Positions 55,490-64,000 of a stretch of DNA of 64,000 nt are shown in pieces. The translations under genes were made by a program, and so were the position numbers. Origin of the DNA: a virus. Taxonomy: Duplodnaviria; Caudoviricetes. Each line of letters opens with the position of its first letter. Position 1 is the stretch's first letter. The stretch spans positions 1 to 64,000 of the IMG/VR virus record IMGVR_UViG_3300013121_000020. One strand, given 5' to 3'. The notes under the pieces are model-generated. The model had not been told where the DNA came from. It was given only the letters and a program-made list of their open reading frames with translations, and ran no database searches.

Positions 55490-57646
55490 ATGAAAGATGC
55501 CAAAACCATCCTAAACTACCTTCGTAAAAACATATCATTCAGCGATGCAGTACAATCGCTTTCTATCGGCGAAACCTGTCTTTTAATTGATAAAGCCGAT
55601 TCGCTTTATTATCGCCCAGGTTTGACGTCGCCACTTTCCGATGCAGAGTATGATACACTTCGTGAACATTTAAAAATGTTAAATCCAACTGATTTTAGAC
55701 TTACTCGTGTCGGTGCACCATATAACCCAGCAGAAATTAGCACCAAAGTCAAGCATTTAATTCCAATGGGATCGCTTGACAACACTGATGATGGTATTTT
55801 AGGTTATGAGCCGTGGGTTGAGTGGGTCAAGGATAAACTTCGCGGCTTCTTTACTGATTCGACATTTGATAATTTGGTAATATTTGCATCGCTTAAAGTT
55901 GATGGTGGCAGTATTTGTGCCACATATAAGAATGGCGTTTTGATGCGTGTTGCTACACGTGGAAATGGTGAGTATGGCGAAGATATCACCGCCAATGCCG
56001 CCAATTTTCAAGGTTTACCAACTGTTCTTTCTAAACCCATTGATGCTGAAATTCGCGGTGAAGCAGTTCTTTATAAGCAAGATTTTTTGACGATTTGCCA
56101 GGATATTCCAGAAGAGGAGCGTAGTAATCCACGTAACGTTGGTAATGGTATTTTGGGTCGGCATGACGGCAAGGATTCGGAGCATATCCGATTTCTTGCG
56201 TTTAATCTTTACCTTGGTGAATCGTCACTTAACTACAACACCGAGGAAGAAAAATTTGCTGTTTTGAAGGAATTAGGTTTTACGCCTATTCCACATAAAG
56301 TCTGTAACACAATGTCGGAATTTCAGACATTTTATAACAATATCGCGGATGGTCGTGATAAATTACCATTTGAAATTGATGGTATTGTAGTGGTTGTGAA
56401 TGATTTGAAGTTGCAATCGCCGTTTGTTAATAGTGACCCTAAAAGTGTTATGCGACCAAAGTATGCTCGTGCGGTGAAGTTTCCGCATAAATCTAACACC
56501 ACGATTCTTGAGGGGTTGGATATTACAGTTGGTCACACACGAGCTATTATTCCTACTGCGAAATTGAAATCGGTACGAGTTGGTGGTGTTAATGTTGACT
56601 CAGCATTGTTGAACAACTACGATGAAATTAAGAGACTTGATCTTGCGATTGGTGATGAAGTCGAAGTAATTTTAGCGGGTGATATAATTCCGAAGGTGAT
56701 CCGCAAAGTCAAGAGTGTAGCAGGAGCTAGAACACTCATCGCAGAACCAACAAACTGCCCAGCTTGTGGAACTGCTACTACACGACTTTGTCGCGGAAAA
56801 GCTGGGGCTGTCACATACTGTTCAAATGTTCGTTGTTCTGCCGCAGTTTTCGCTAAGTTGGATCATTGGATTGGCACTAGCAAAAAGGGGGTAGGTATCC
56901 TTGATATTGGCGATGTGATGATTAAGGCGTTATGGCAAAAGGGATTGCTAACTGATCCCGCTGATCTTTATACTTTGACTGTGGATAGTATCAAGGATGT
57001 GGTTTTGGAAAATGGTGGGAAAATTGGTCAATCGCGGGCTACCAAAATTATTGCTAATATAAATGCAAAACGCCATTTGCCATTGCACGTGTTTTTAGGA
57101 TCGTTGGGAATTGAACTTCTTGGTCGTCGAAGAGTTCAACTTATTCGTGATGCTGCCAATAATCAATTAGATACTTTAGATGATTGGTTGGATTTACAGA
57201 AATTACGAACAATTCAAGTCCCTGGTTTTGGTGATGTGATTAGAGACTCGGTTGTTGCTGGTATTGAGGAGAATTTACCACTTATAAAGAAATTTTTAAC
57301 AAACGGAGTAACTGTTGGTGCTCCAATAGCTGAATTGAATGCTGTTGGCGTGGTTGATAAAGGACAACCAGTAGAAGATAAATCAAAACCATTTGCTGGT
57401 TTGTCGTTTTGTTTCACCGGCACACGTTCAAATATTGATGATGTAGAACGTCTTGGTGGTACTATTAAGAGCGGTGTGTCCAAAGGGTTGTCAGTGTTAG
57501 TTCAACTGGATGCGCTTAGCACTAGTAATAAAACAAAGAAGGCTGATGAATATGGAACATTGATTGTTTCGCTTGATTATCTTCAACGTGCGATTCGCGG
57601 TGAGGTTGATCTTGTTGCTGATGTTCGACAGCGATCTATGAAATGA
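55490..57646 (+). CDS. ligA: NAD-dependent DNA ligase
   Basis: SDAEYD, MGSL, KVDG, TRGNGEYGEDIT, EIRGE, NPRN, EIDGIV, AGDIIPKV, C4 zinc finger, BRCT (FCFTG). Confidence 0.95.
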   Translation: MKDAKTILNYLRKNISFSDAVQSLSIGETCLLIDKADSLYYRPGLTSPLSDAEYDTLREHLKMLNPTDFRLTRVGAPYNPAEISTKVKHLIPMGSLDNTDDGILGYEPWVEWVKDKLRGFFTDSTFDNLVIFASLKVDGGSICATYKNGVLMRVATRGNGEYGEDITANAANFQGLPTVLSKPIDAEIRGEAVLYKQDFLTICQDIPEEERSNPRNVGNGILGRHDGKDSEHIRFLAFNLYLGESSLNYNTEEEKFAVLKELGFTPIPHKVCNTMSEFQTFYNNIADGRDKLPFEIDGIVVVVNDLKLQSPFVNSDPKSVMRPKYARAVKFPHKSNTTILEGLDITVGHTRAIIPTAKLKSVRVGGVNVDSALLNNYDEIKRLDLAIGDEVEVILAGDIIPKVIRKVKSVAGARTLIAEPTNCPACGTATTRLCRGKAGAVTYCSNVRCSAAVFAKLDHWIGTSKKGVGILDIGDVMIKALWQKGLLTDPADLYTLTVDSIKDVVLENGGKIGQSRATKIIANINAKRHLPLHVFLGSLGIELLGRRRVQLIRDAANNQLDTLDDWLDLQKLRTIQVPGFGDVIRDSVVAGIEENLPLIKKFLTNGVTVGAPIAELNAVGVVDKGQPVEDKSKPFAGLSFCFTGTRSNIDDVERLGGTIKSGVSKGLSVLVQLDALSTSNKTKKADEYGTLIVSLDYLQRAIRGEVDLVADVRQRSMK

Positions 57647-58350
57647 TAATTCCGACTGAAATTGGCTTGAGAATATGTAATGATTCTGGAGATGAGCAAT
57701 TATGTACATTTGTTGCTCATCTCCCATTTTTAACAATTCCAAATATTGGTCACAAAATAATAATTAAACCAGATGAACAATTTGGCATTACTGTATGTAA
57801 TATATGTCATTTCGTTCCAACATCTGCTAGCGATGTCGCCAATTTATTAGTTATGACTATTCCGATTCAAATTAAAGAATATGATACAATGTTGAGGATT
57901 TTGGATTGGTTTAAGGCATTGTATAAAGTTGAGAATGTTTGTTCTAATGAACCAACAAGACTATATTACAGATTTTATAGAAATCTAATTGGTGTTCTTG
58001 GGCTGGCTCGTGATCCATGTCCTAAAATTGGTTATAATCCATCTGAAATAAAAGTGTTCGCAGAATCGTGTCGATCTGTTATACTTGCAGAGTTGCAATT
58101 AAGTGATGAGGAATTGGTTGTTACTATTCCAACGTATAATCGTGTTATTGAGGAATTACATAGGATGATACTAGAATATAAATATGATCATCCTGATGGT
58201 GTTAGCATGCTTGATATTGTTAAGAAATTTGAAAGTTTTATTAATCCTGGGCGAACTGTGCAGTGGAATGCATCAATACAAAAATGCATTTCATCTGCTC
58301 AATTTGTTTTTAAGAAACTAACGACCGTTGAACTTCCAAGAAATAATTAA
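57643..58350 (+). CDS. Hypothetical protein
   Basis: ATGA overlap; 235 aa. Confidence 0.6.
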   Translation: MIIPTEIGLRICNDSGDEQLCTFVAHLPFLTIPNIGHKIIIKPDEQFGITVCNICHFVPTSASDVANLLVMTIPIQIKEYDTMLRILDWFKALYKVENVCSNEPTRLYYRFYRNLIGVLGLARDPCPKIGYNPSEIKVFAESCRSVILAELQLSDEELVVTIPTYNRVIEELHRMILEYKYDHPDGVSMLDIVKKFESFINPGRTVQWNASIQKCISSAQFVFKKLTTVELPRNN

Positions 58351-58880
58351 AATCGTTGAATTGTTCTAATATCAGGAATATCTTGTTTAGCTGCTTTAGC
58401 AATTGCTGGGCCGCTTGCTGCGATTGTTTTTAACATATCTTTCAATTTGCTTTGTGTTATTTTACCAACATTTGATAATGTAGCAACATATCCTGCTGGT
58501 CCTAAAGCTAGTTTGTATTTGTCGCGAACCGCTTTGCTTTGTGCTAAGTTTTGTAATGGTGTTCCTTTTACATTTTTTGGTTCAATGTCGTAAATTGATG
58601 CTGCGACAACTGGAGAAGATAAGTTTTTGAGAGATTCCCATTTCTCTGCTCGTTTCATGGTCTCTTTGTCATTAGCAGCAATGGCTTGTTGAATTATTGA
58701 GTCAATTACCCAACGTGTGCGTTCCCATCCTCTAGCTGATGGTGATTTTAGAAATTCATCTATTGCCGAACGTTCATCATTATTTTCACTTATATCTTGT
58801 ATATATTGGATTAAATCGCCCATTGCGGTTGCGGCGTTTCTGATAACCGCTTTTGTTTCTGAGATCATGCAAATTCTCAT
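58347..58880 (-). CDS. Hypothetical protein
   Basis: 177-aa ORF. Confidence 0.55.
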   Translation of the reverse strand: MRICMISETKAVIRNAATAMGDLIQYIQDISENNDERSAIDEFLKSPSARGWERTRWVIDSIIQQAIAANDKETMKRAEKWESLKNLSSPVVAASIYDIEPKNVKGTPLQNLAQSKAVRDKYKLALGPAGYVATLSNVGKITQSKLKDMLKTIAASGPAIAKAAKQDIPDIRTIQRF

Positions 58881-58933
58881 ATTGTTATGTTTTTCTGGTT
58901 ATGTATATAACATACATTTTATGGGAGATAATA

Positions 58934-59920
58934 ATGAGTATGCAGAAAGTTGCGCTGTTGTCTGGAATTAATGGACAAGATGGTTCATATTTAGCAGAGT
59001 TTTTGCTGTCAAAAGGATATGAAGTGCATGGTATAGTACGTCGTTGTAGCAATCAGAATCTTGAACGATTAGAACCAATTATCAATTTGATTACATTACA
59101 TAGTGCTGATTTGATGGACCAAGGTTCATTACAACGAATTGTTAATAATATTCGTCCAGATGAAGTTTATAATTTAGCGGCGCAATCATTTGTGGCTGCG
59201 AGTTGGGAACAACCAGTCATAACATCTGAAATTACAGCGCTTGGTGCGACACGACTTTTAGAAGTTATTAAACATACTATATATGAACATGGTAAGAATA
59301 TTAAATTTTATCAAGCATCGTCGTCAGAGATGTTTGGTAAAGTTCAAGAAATTCCACAGACTGAACGAACTCCATTTTATCCACGAAGTCCTTATGGAGT
59401 TTCTAAAGTCTATGCACATTGGATTACTATTAATTATCGCGAAAGTTATAATATGTTCGCAACAAACGGAATTTTATTTAATCATGAATCACCACGTCGC
59501 GGAATGGAATTTGTTACTAGAAAAATTACAAATTCAGTTGCACGCATTAAATTGGGTTTACAGGATAAATTGTTTCTTGGTAATTTATCAGCGAAACGTG
59601 ATTGGGGGTTTGCTGGCGATTATGTTAGGGCTATGTGGTTGATGCTCCAACAAGATGAACCTGGAGATTATGTAATAGCGACTGGAGAAACTCACAGTGT
59701 GCAAGAATTTGTAGAGGCGGCGTTTGGATACGTTGATCTTGATTGGACTAAATATGTAGAAATTGATAATAAATTAATACGCCCGGCTGAGGTGAATATA
59801 TTGTGTGGGGATGCGTCATTGGCGAAGAAGAAACTTGGTTGGGTGCCAGAAGTTTCATTCCACGATCTTGTGAAAATGATGGTTAATGCAGATTTAGTTA
59901 TTGAATCTAACAATCGATAA
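58934..59920 (+). CDS. gmd: GDP-mannose 4,6-dehydratase
   Basis: [62 protein letters not shown]. Confidence 0.96.
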   Translation: MSMQKVALLSGINGQDGSYLAEFLLSKGYEVHGIVRRCSNQNLERLEPIINLITLHSADLMDQGSLQRIVNNIRPDEVYNLAAQSFVAASWEQPVITSEITALGATRLLEVIKHTIYEHGKNIKFYQASSSEMFGKVQEIPQTERTPFYPRSPYGVSKVYAHWITINYRESYNMFATNGILFNHESPRRGMEFVTRKITNSVARIKLGLQDKLFLGNLSAKRDWGFAGDYVRAMWLMLQQDEPGDYVIATGETHSVQEFVEAAFGYVDLDWTKYVEIDNKLIRPAEVNILCGDASLAKKKLGWVPEVSFHDLVKMMVNADLVIESNNR

Positions 59921-59993
59921 GTGGAGTCAAATTTATTTATGACGGCTTCATGCAAAATTAATCTAACTTTGTGATAACAAAATTTAGGAGGGT

Positions 59994-60395
59994 ATGATGG
60001 CCGCTCAACCAGCCAACACCGACATCAAGGTCTATCGTTCGTTACGCAGTTTTCGTCAAACACTCAGAAATGAGAGTGTGGCTGCTCTGATCAAGCGGTT
60101 ACGCCCGCTCGTTATGAGCGTTCCAGCTGAGGAAGATTTGGTGGGTGTCCTCACACGAGACACCTCCACAAAGGACTTTAGTCCATATATGGGCGAAGCT
60201 CGTCACGATGCTGGTCGTGGTTTCCCAATTGTTGTTGGTCTTAAAGCTCAGGTTAGCTTTGCAAATGCGCAAGCTAACTTACCAACCATTGATTTCGCAT
60301 TCCAGATTGGTCAAGACAAATTCTTGGCTAATACTGCAGCTGGTCTTACCGCTGATCTACATGATGATGCGAGAGATTTGGCTGCTGATCTATAA
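59994..60395 (+). CDS. Hypothetical protein, likely highly expressed/structural
   Basis: AGGAGG RBS; followed by long hairpin. Confidence 0.65.
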   Translation: MMAAQPANTDIKVYRSLRSFRQTLRNESVAALIKRLRPLVMSVPAEEDLVGVLTRDTSTKDFSPYMGEARHDAGRGFPIVVGLKAQVSFANAQANLPTIDFAFQIGQDKFLANTAAGLTADLHDDARDLAADL

Positions 60396-60413
60396 TATCA
60401 GCAACTTGAAATT

Positions 60414-60450
60414 CATAGCAGGCCAGGGAGAGTCTCCCTGGCCTGCTATG
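60414..60450. terminator. 17-bp perfect GC-rich stem-loop (no U-tract)
   Basis: catagcaggccagggag-agt-ctccctggcctgctatg. Confidence 0.6.
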
Positions 60451-60502
60451 TAAACATGTTAATATCAAATATATAATGAAGATATCATAATGGAGTTAAC
60501 TG

Positions 60503-61045
60503 GTGCCAGCCACAGTTATTATTAACAGACGGACTGGCACAGGAACATTAACTGATATTACGAATATAAATACAGTTGCAAACGCTGATGATACACACCA
60601 AACAGTAGCACTTGGAAGTTCAAATCCAGTAATGATACCACAAACTGGTGTTCATTACAGTTTCTGGGTATCAACACGATTAAATTGTACTGTAGCACCA
60701 TCTGGTACAATTAACAATATTCGATGGTATATGGATAGCGGCAATTCGCTTGGTTCTGGAATCACATGTAAGGCGCAAGATGCAGCACATTATGTTCAAG
60801 CAACTGGGACAGTTGGTGTTACGGGAACACAATTAACAACAGACAATCATGACGGGTTAACTGGCGCACCAGTTAACGCTTTTTCATTTACATCTGGATC
60901 ACCAAAATCTGTTCCTGGGTCAATTAGTGGCCCAGCAACAGGGAATTTTGGTAATTTCATGGTTTATCAGTTTGAAGTTGATGCTAATGCTGTGCCGGGA
61001 GTGTCTGGTACTGAAACGATCACGTGGGTATATGATGAAACGTAA
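60503..61045 (+). CDS. Putative virion structural protein (Thr/Gly-rich beta protein)
   Basis: GGAG RBS, GTG start; C-terminal TWVYDET. Confidence 0.6.
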   Translation: MPATVIINRRTGTGTLTDITNINTVANADDTHQTVALGSSNPVMIPQTGVHYSFWVSTRLNCTVAPSGTINNIRWYMDSGNSLGSGITCKAQDAAHYVQATGTVGVTGTQLTTDNHDGLTGAPVNAFSFTSGSPKSVPGSISGPATGNFGNFMVYQFEVDANAVPGVSGTETITWVYDET

Positions 61046-61056
61046 TGGAGGATAAC

Positions 61057-61593
61057 ATGGCACGATTTATTCCGTTTACCGTTTATGTAAGTGTTGTTCC
61101 AAGACAAGGTTATGGTAAACGTTTTGAACAAATTCGCGATATTCAAAAATTGTCTATATTAATATATGATGAAATATTATCAATCTCTGGTATACAAGTA
61201 GCACTCCCTGGTGGTGGACAATCATCACAATTGTCAGATATTAACCGTCGAGGTGGTCTTGGCGGATATGCTAATGGTACTGCAGTTAAATTGCAGATGG
61301 GAGAATCGCCAGCACAATTGGCATTAACTGGATTTTATGAAGTTAATGAAGCTAATTCACAACCGTGGAACGATTATCAACTAATATCTGGAGGTGAAAC
61401 ATTAACTGGTCCGGGACCACATCCGTGCGATGCGGTTCCGATAACTTCTTTTAATACGAATGTAAAATCTCTAAAAAATAGTTTCGAGTCAGCGATTACC
61501 GCAGCATTGCCAGCATCAATTGTGTGGAAAATTTTTAGAATTGATTTTGGTGGTGCTATATATGGTGATAGAGGCTTTCATTTTCCTAGATGA
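61057..61593 (+). CDS. Hypothetical protein, likely structural
   Basis: GGAGG RBS. Confidence 0.6.
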   Translation: MARFIPFTVYVSVVPRQGYGKRFEQIRDIQKLSILIYDEILSISGIQVALPGGGQSSQLSDINRRGGLGGYANGTAVKLQMGESPAQLALTGFYEVNEANSQPWNDYQLISGGETLTGPGPHPCDAVPITSFNTNVKSLKNSFESAITAALPASIVWKIFRIDFGGAIYGDRGFHFPR

Positions 61594-63001
61594 TCAATTC
61601 AAGTTTTAAATGCCCTGCATCCCACATTCGCCGATAGCCGTTGTTAAACATGTTTTGTGCTTCGGTTAACAACGGATCGAAGGTTGCAAGAGTGTTGCCT
61701 AATTTATGTTTTTGACATTGTTGTCTTGATATAGTTTTTAATCCTTTACAATAAAAATATCCTGGTCTGGTTATTTTTCTTTCTATAAATCCGATAGCTC
61801 GATATCCAGTTGCATTTGTGTATCTTAGGTCAGCATATGTTATGATTTTTGATGGGTTGATAGTCTTAATAAAATGATTAAATAATTTTGACACTCCACC
61901 ACGCACGTTATAACCAATTTTAGTTGCCATACGTATTAGTTCATAACCTTCTTTATGCGGATTCCATGACGCTGCCATAACAATTTCATCATTGTCCATT
62001 AAACAAACGTTATACTTCGCATGGCGACCACTTTGCAGATGGTTGTGTTCATAAAAGGTAAATGGGCATATATCAGTTTGTATTTTAAAGGAACGTGCGT
62101 GTAATCTTTTTGATTTATGTTGGCGATTTTTGATTATTGATTCTACGATTTTAGTTTTATATACCCATTCATGTTCATAGAATTGTAAAAGTTGTATACC
62201 AACTTTTTGTGATAAAATCCATTTTGTTTGATGATACAGTCGCTCTTGAGTTGTCTCTATTCTATTAAATGAATGCCAAAACATACCATGGTATTCCACA
62301 CCTAATTTTAATTCTTTATCATAAACATCAATTTCGAATGGTGGTATGATGTTTCTAGAATTGATTATTGGATTATTAAATAGAGTTGATATATCATTGT
62401 GACCTTGTGATAAATTGCAATATGGACAGCCTGAGCCTCTAATATGGTTACTTGGTGTTTGTTGAAATATTTTATTGCACGTGTTGCATATAATATCAAT
62501 ATCTTTGAAATACGATGCATATACTACTTTTGAATAATTGAATCTATTATTGTGGCGATTTTTTGCTTTTTCAATAAATGAGATTGTTATTTCTTGCAGC
62601 TTGTTTTGCCAATGATTTTTTAAGCATTGTGATAATTTTTTCTTCCTTGATATTGTCATCGACTTTTTTATTCCTTTAATAATTAGTTCTCTGTTTTTAC
62701 GCCAGTTCAATTTTGATGATTCTGATAATTGTTGTTTTCTCTGTGATTGAATGATTTTCATTTTTTCGCTTTGTGCCTGTCGATGTTCATTGTTTGCCCA
62801 GTATGTTGATGAATATGATGAGATATATGATGATCTTTTTCTCATTCCTTCAGATATTGAACTGCGATTTATTTTGTGTTTCTTTATCCAATATCGAACA
62901 CTTGCTGGTTTTATACCTTCACGATTTGCTAATTCTCTAATTGAGCAAATCTCCAATTGGGTGATTAACCAGTCTCGATTATGGAAATCGCTAATGGCCA
63001 T
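61586..63001 (-). CDS. Free-standing homing-endonuclease-like protein (Hef-like PD-(D/E)xK) with HTH, NUMOD-like basic repeats and zinc ribbon
   Basis: YSKVVY..CNTC..F.QTPSNH..GCPYC; EIDVY..GVEYHGMFWHS; ELIRMA..RGGVSKL..TYADLR; RMWDAG. Confidence 0.75.
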   Translation of the reverse strand: MAISDFHNRDWLITQLEICSIRELANREGIKPASVRYWIKKHKINRSSISEGMRKRSSYISSYSSTYWANNEHRQAQSEKMKIIQSQRKQQLSESSKLNWRKNRELIIKGIKKSMTISRKKKLSQCLKNHWQNKLQEITISFIEKAKNRHNNRFNYSKVVYASYFKDIDIICNTCNKIFQQTPSNHIRGSGCPYCNLSQGHNDISTLFNNPIINSRNIIPPFEIDVYDKELKLGVEYHGMFWHSFNRIETTQERLYHQTKWILSQKVGIQLLQFYEHEWVYKTKIVESIIKNRQHKSKRLHARSFKIQTDICPFTFYEHNHLQSGRHAKYNVCLMDNDEIVMAASWNPHKEGYELIRMATKIGYNVRGGVSKLFNHFIKTINPSKIITYADLRYTNATGYRAIGFIERKITRPGYFYCKGLKTISRQQCQKHKLGNTLATFDPLLTEAQNMFNNGYRRMWDAGHLKLELII

Positions 63002-63776
63002 ACTATCTCCTGCTGATTTACCTTCTATAATGAAGGTTCGCTCAGAACCAATGAAAAAATACGTGTTAAGTAAGCTTGGCTATCCGAACGTCGATGTAGA
63101 GATATCTGAAGATCAATGGGAGGTGATATGGAAAGTGGCTGGTGACTTTATTGCCCACTATTTTCCACGCGAGCAAAAACTTGCTGTTTTTTATACGTCA
63201 CCTTTAAAACCAACGTATCCATTTCCAAAAGATGCCTATTGGATTCAATCAGTAAATTGGGACCCAGTCACTTCAAGAATAGACGACGTGTTCGGCGCGG
63301 AAAGTTTTTTGTTTAACGTTGGGAATATTAGTGGAATCCAAAATATTTTACTTGACTATCATTTGTTGGCGGCATATCGAAAATTTTCACAAAAAATTCT
63401 TGGTACTGAAGGTCATTGGGAAGTTATTAATGAAGGAACCAGTACTGTTGAAGGTGATTCACTAAGTTCAAAAGATCAATTAATAAGATTATATCCAACA
63501 CCAAAAGGTGCATTTCCAGTAGTTGTGTTATATATTCCGGTGGTTAATTATTTTAGAAGTCCACAAGCGCGCCAACTTGCATACGATTTGATGCTAGCGG
63601 AAGCTAGAATTGCTGTTGGCAGTGCCAGAAGCAAAATTTCTGGTATGCCGACACCAGATGGCGGCGGTATTAATTATGATGGAAGTGATCTTGTTCAGAT
63701 GGGTGAACAGGCTAAAGAGAAAATTATAGAAACCGCAATGAATCTTGGTGAACCGTTAATGGTACACATGTGGTAA
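62994..63776 (+). CDS. Neck protein, T4 gp13-like
   Basis: KKYVLSKLGYPNVDVEISEDQ; RLYPTP; RSKISGMPTPDGG.NYDG. Confidence 0.75.
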   Translation: MAILSPADLPSIMKVRSEPMKKYVLSKLGYPNVDVEISEDQWEVIWKVAGDFIAHYFPREQKLAVFYTSPLKPTYPFPKDAYWIQSVNWDPVTSRIDDVFGAESFLFNVGNISGIQNILLDYHLLAAYRKFSQKILGTEGHWEVINEGTSTVEGDSLSSKDQLIRLYPTPKGAFPVVVLYIPVVNYFRSPQARQLAYDLMLAEARIAVGSARSKISGMPTPDGGGINYDGSDLVQMGEQAKEKIIETAMNLGEPLMVHMW

Positions 63777-63780
63777 TGAT

Positions 63781-64000
63781 ATGAAATTGAATATGATACA
63801 TGGTGGCGTACTAAACGAAAATTTTTATATATATGATAATCGCTCGCCAGACGAAGATCCAACAATTTATAGTATAGGTGACACAGAACTGCCCGGAGGT
63901 GGTGGCGACTTAGCAACCATGATGGTTGGAGACAGAGAATTACCGCTAATACGCTTTAATCAAGACCTATTCGATTATAGTGAAGATGCTGTTTATGAAG
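63781..64000 (+). CDS. Partial CDS running off window (MKLNMIH..VLNE)
   Basis: Open from ATG 63781 to end of window. Confidence 0.55.
   Translation, partial: MKLNMIHGGVLNENFYIYDNRSPDEDPTIYSIGDTELPGGGGDLATMMVGDRELPLIRFNQDLFDYSEDAVYE

Noticed and set aside
62751-62993. N-terminal 81-aa extension of the neck ORF in the track
   Set aside because: It is the antisense shadow of the endonuclease gene; gp13-like similarity begins after ATG 62994
1846-63916. Numerous short antisense or nested ORFs in the track (e.g. 2036-2368, 8545-8871, 13845-14282, 20624-20989, 38256-38570)
   Set aside because: They lie fully inside well-supported genes on the other strand or frame and show no motifs or RBS
1-64000. 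Stop-codon reassignment (TAG/TGA recoding seen in some huge phages)
   Set aside because: Conserved genes (recA, ligA, gmd, kdsB) are full length in code 11, and TAG and TGA occur at natural gene ends

Overview
AT-rich, densely coding 64-kb segment of a large (jumbo/huge) T4-like tailed phage genome. ORFs are intact under the standard genetic code, and I see no tRNA, rRNA or CRISPR array. The replication and recombination module comprises RecA, a DnaB/gp41-type helicase, gp32-like SSB, a UvsY-like protein, a 5'-3' exonuclease, a minimal divergent family-A polymerase, NAD-dependent LigA, family-4 UDG and a resolvase. The standout is a C-family replicative polymerase (DnaE) broken into three dispersed genes: a PHP/GS-motif piece (7664-9103), a catalytic piece ending in an N-intein (19125-21188) and a C-intein-led C-terminal piece (24846-26060). 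The last two are predicted to be joined by protein trans-splicing at FNK|SH. The two intein halves are separated by about 3.6 kb of small, partly GC-rich cargo genes, including TIGR02996-like proteins that hint at a planctomycete host. The window also has a large glycan toolkit (KdsB, Gmd, several GT2/CgeB-type transferases, a sulfotransferase and a GalNAc-T-like/Maf-like fusion next to a collagen/polyproline/PKD protein). Other contents are an actin-fold ATPase, GroES, PyrE, a 2OG-Fe(II) oxygenase, macro/HAD/NUDIX proteins, a Hef-like endonuclease, a gp13-like neck gene, two probable AUU-initiated genes, and a tandem repeat plus a hairpin-rich non-coding region at the left edge. All family assignments come from motif recognition by eye; no database search was run.
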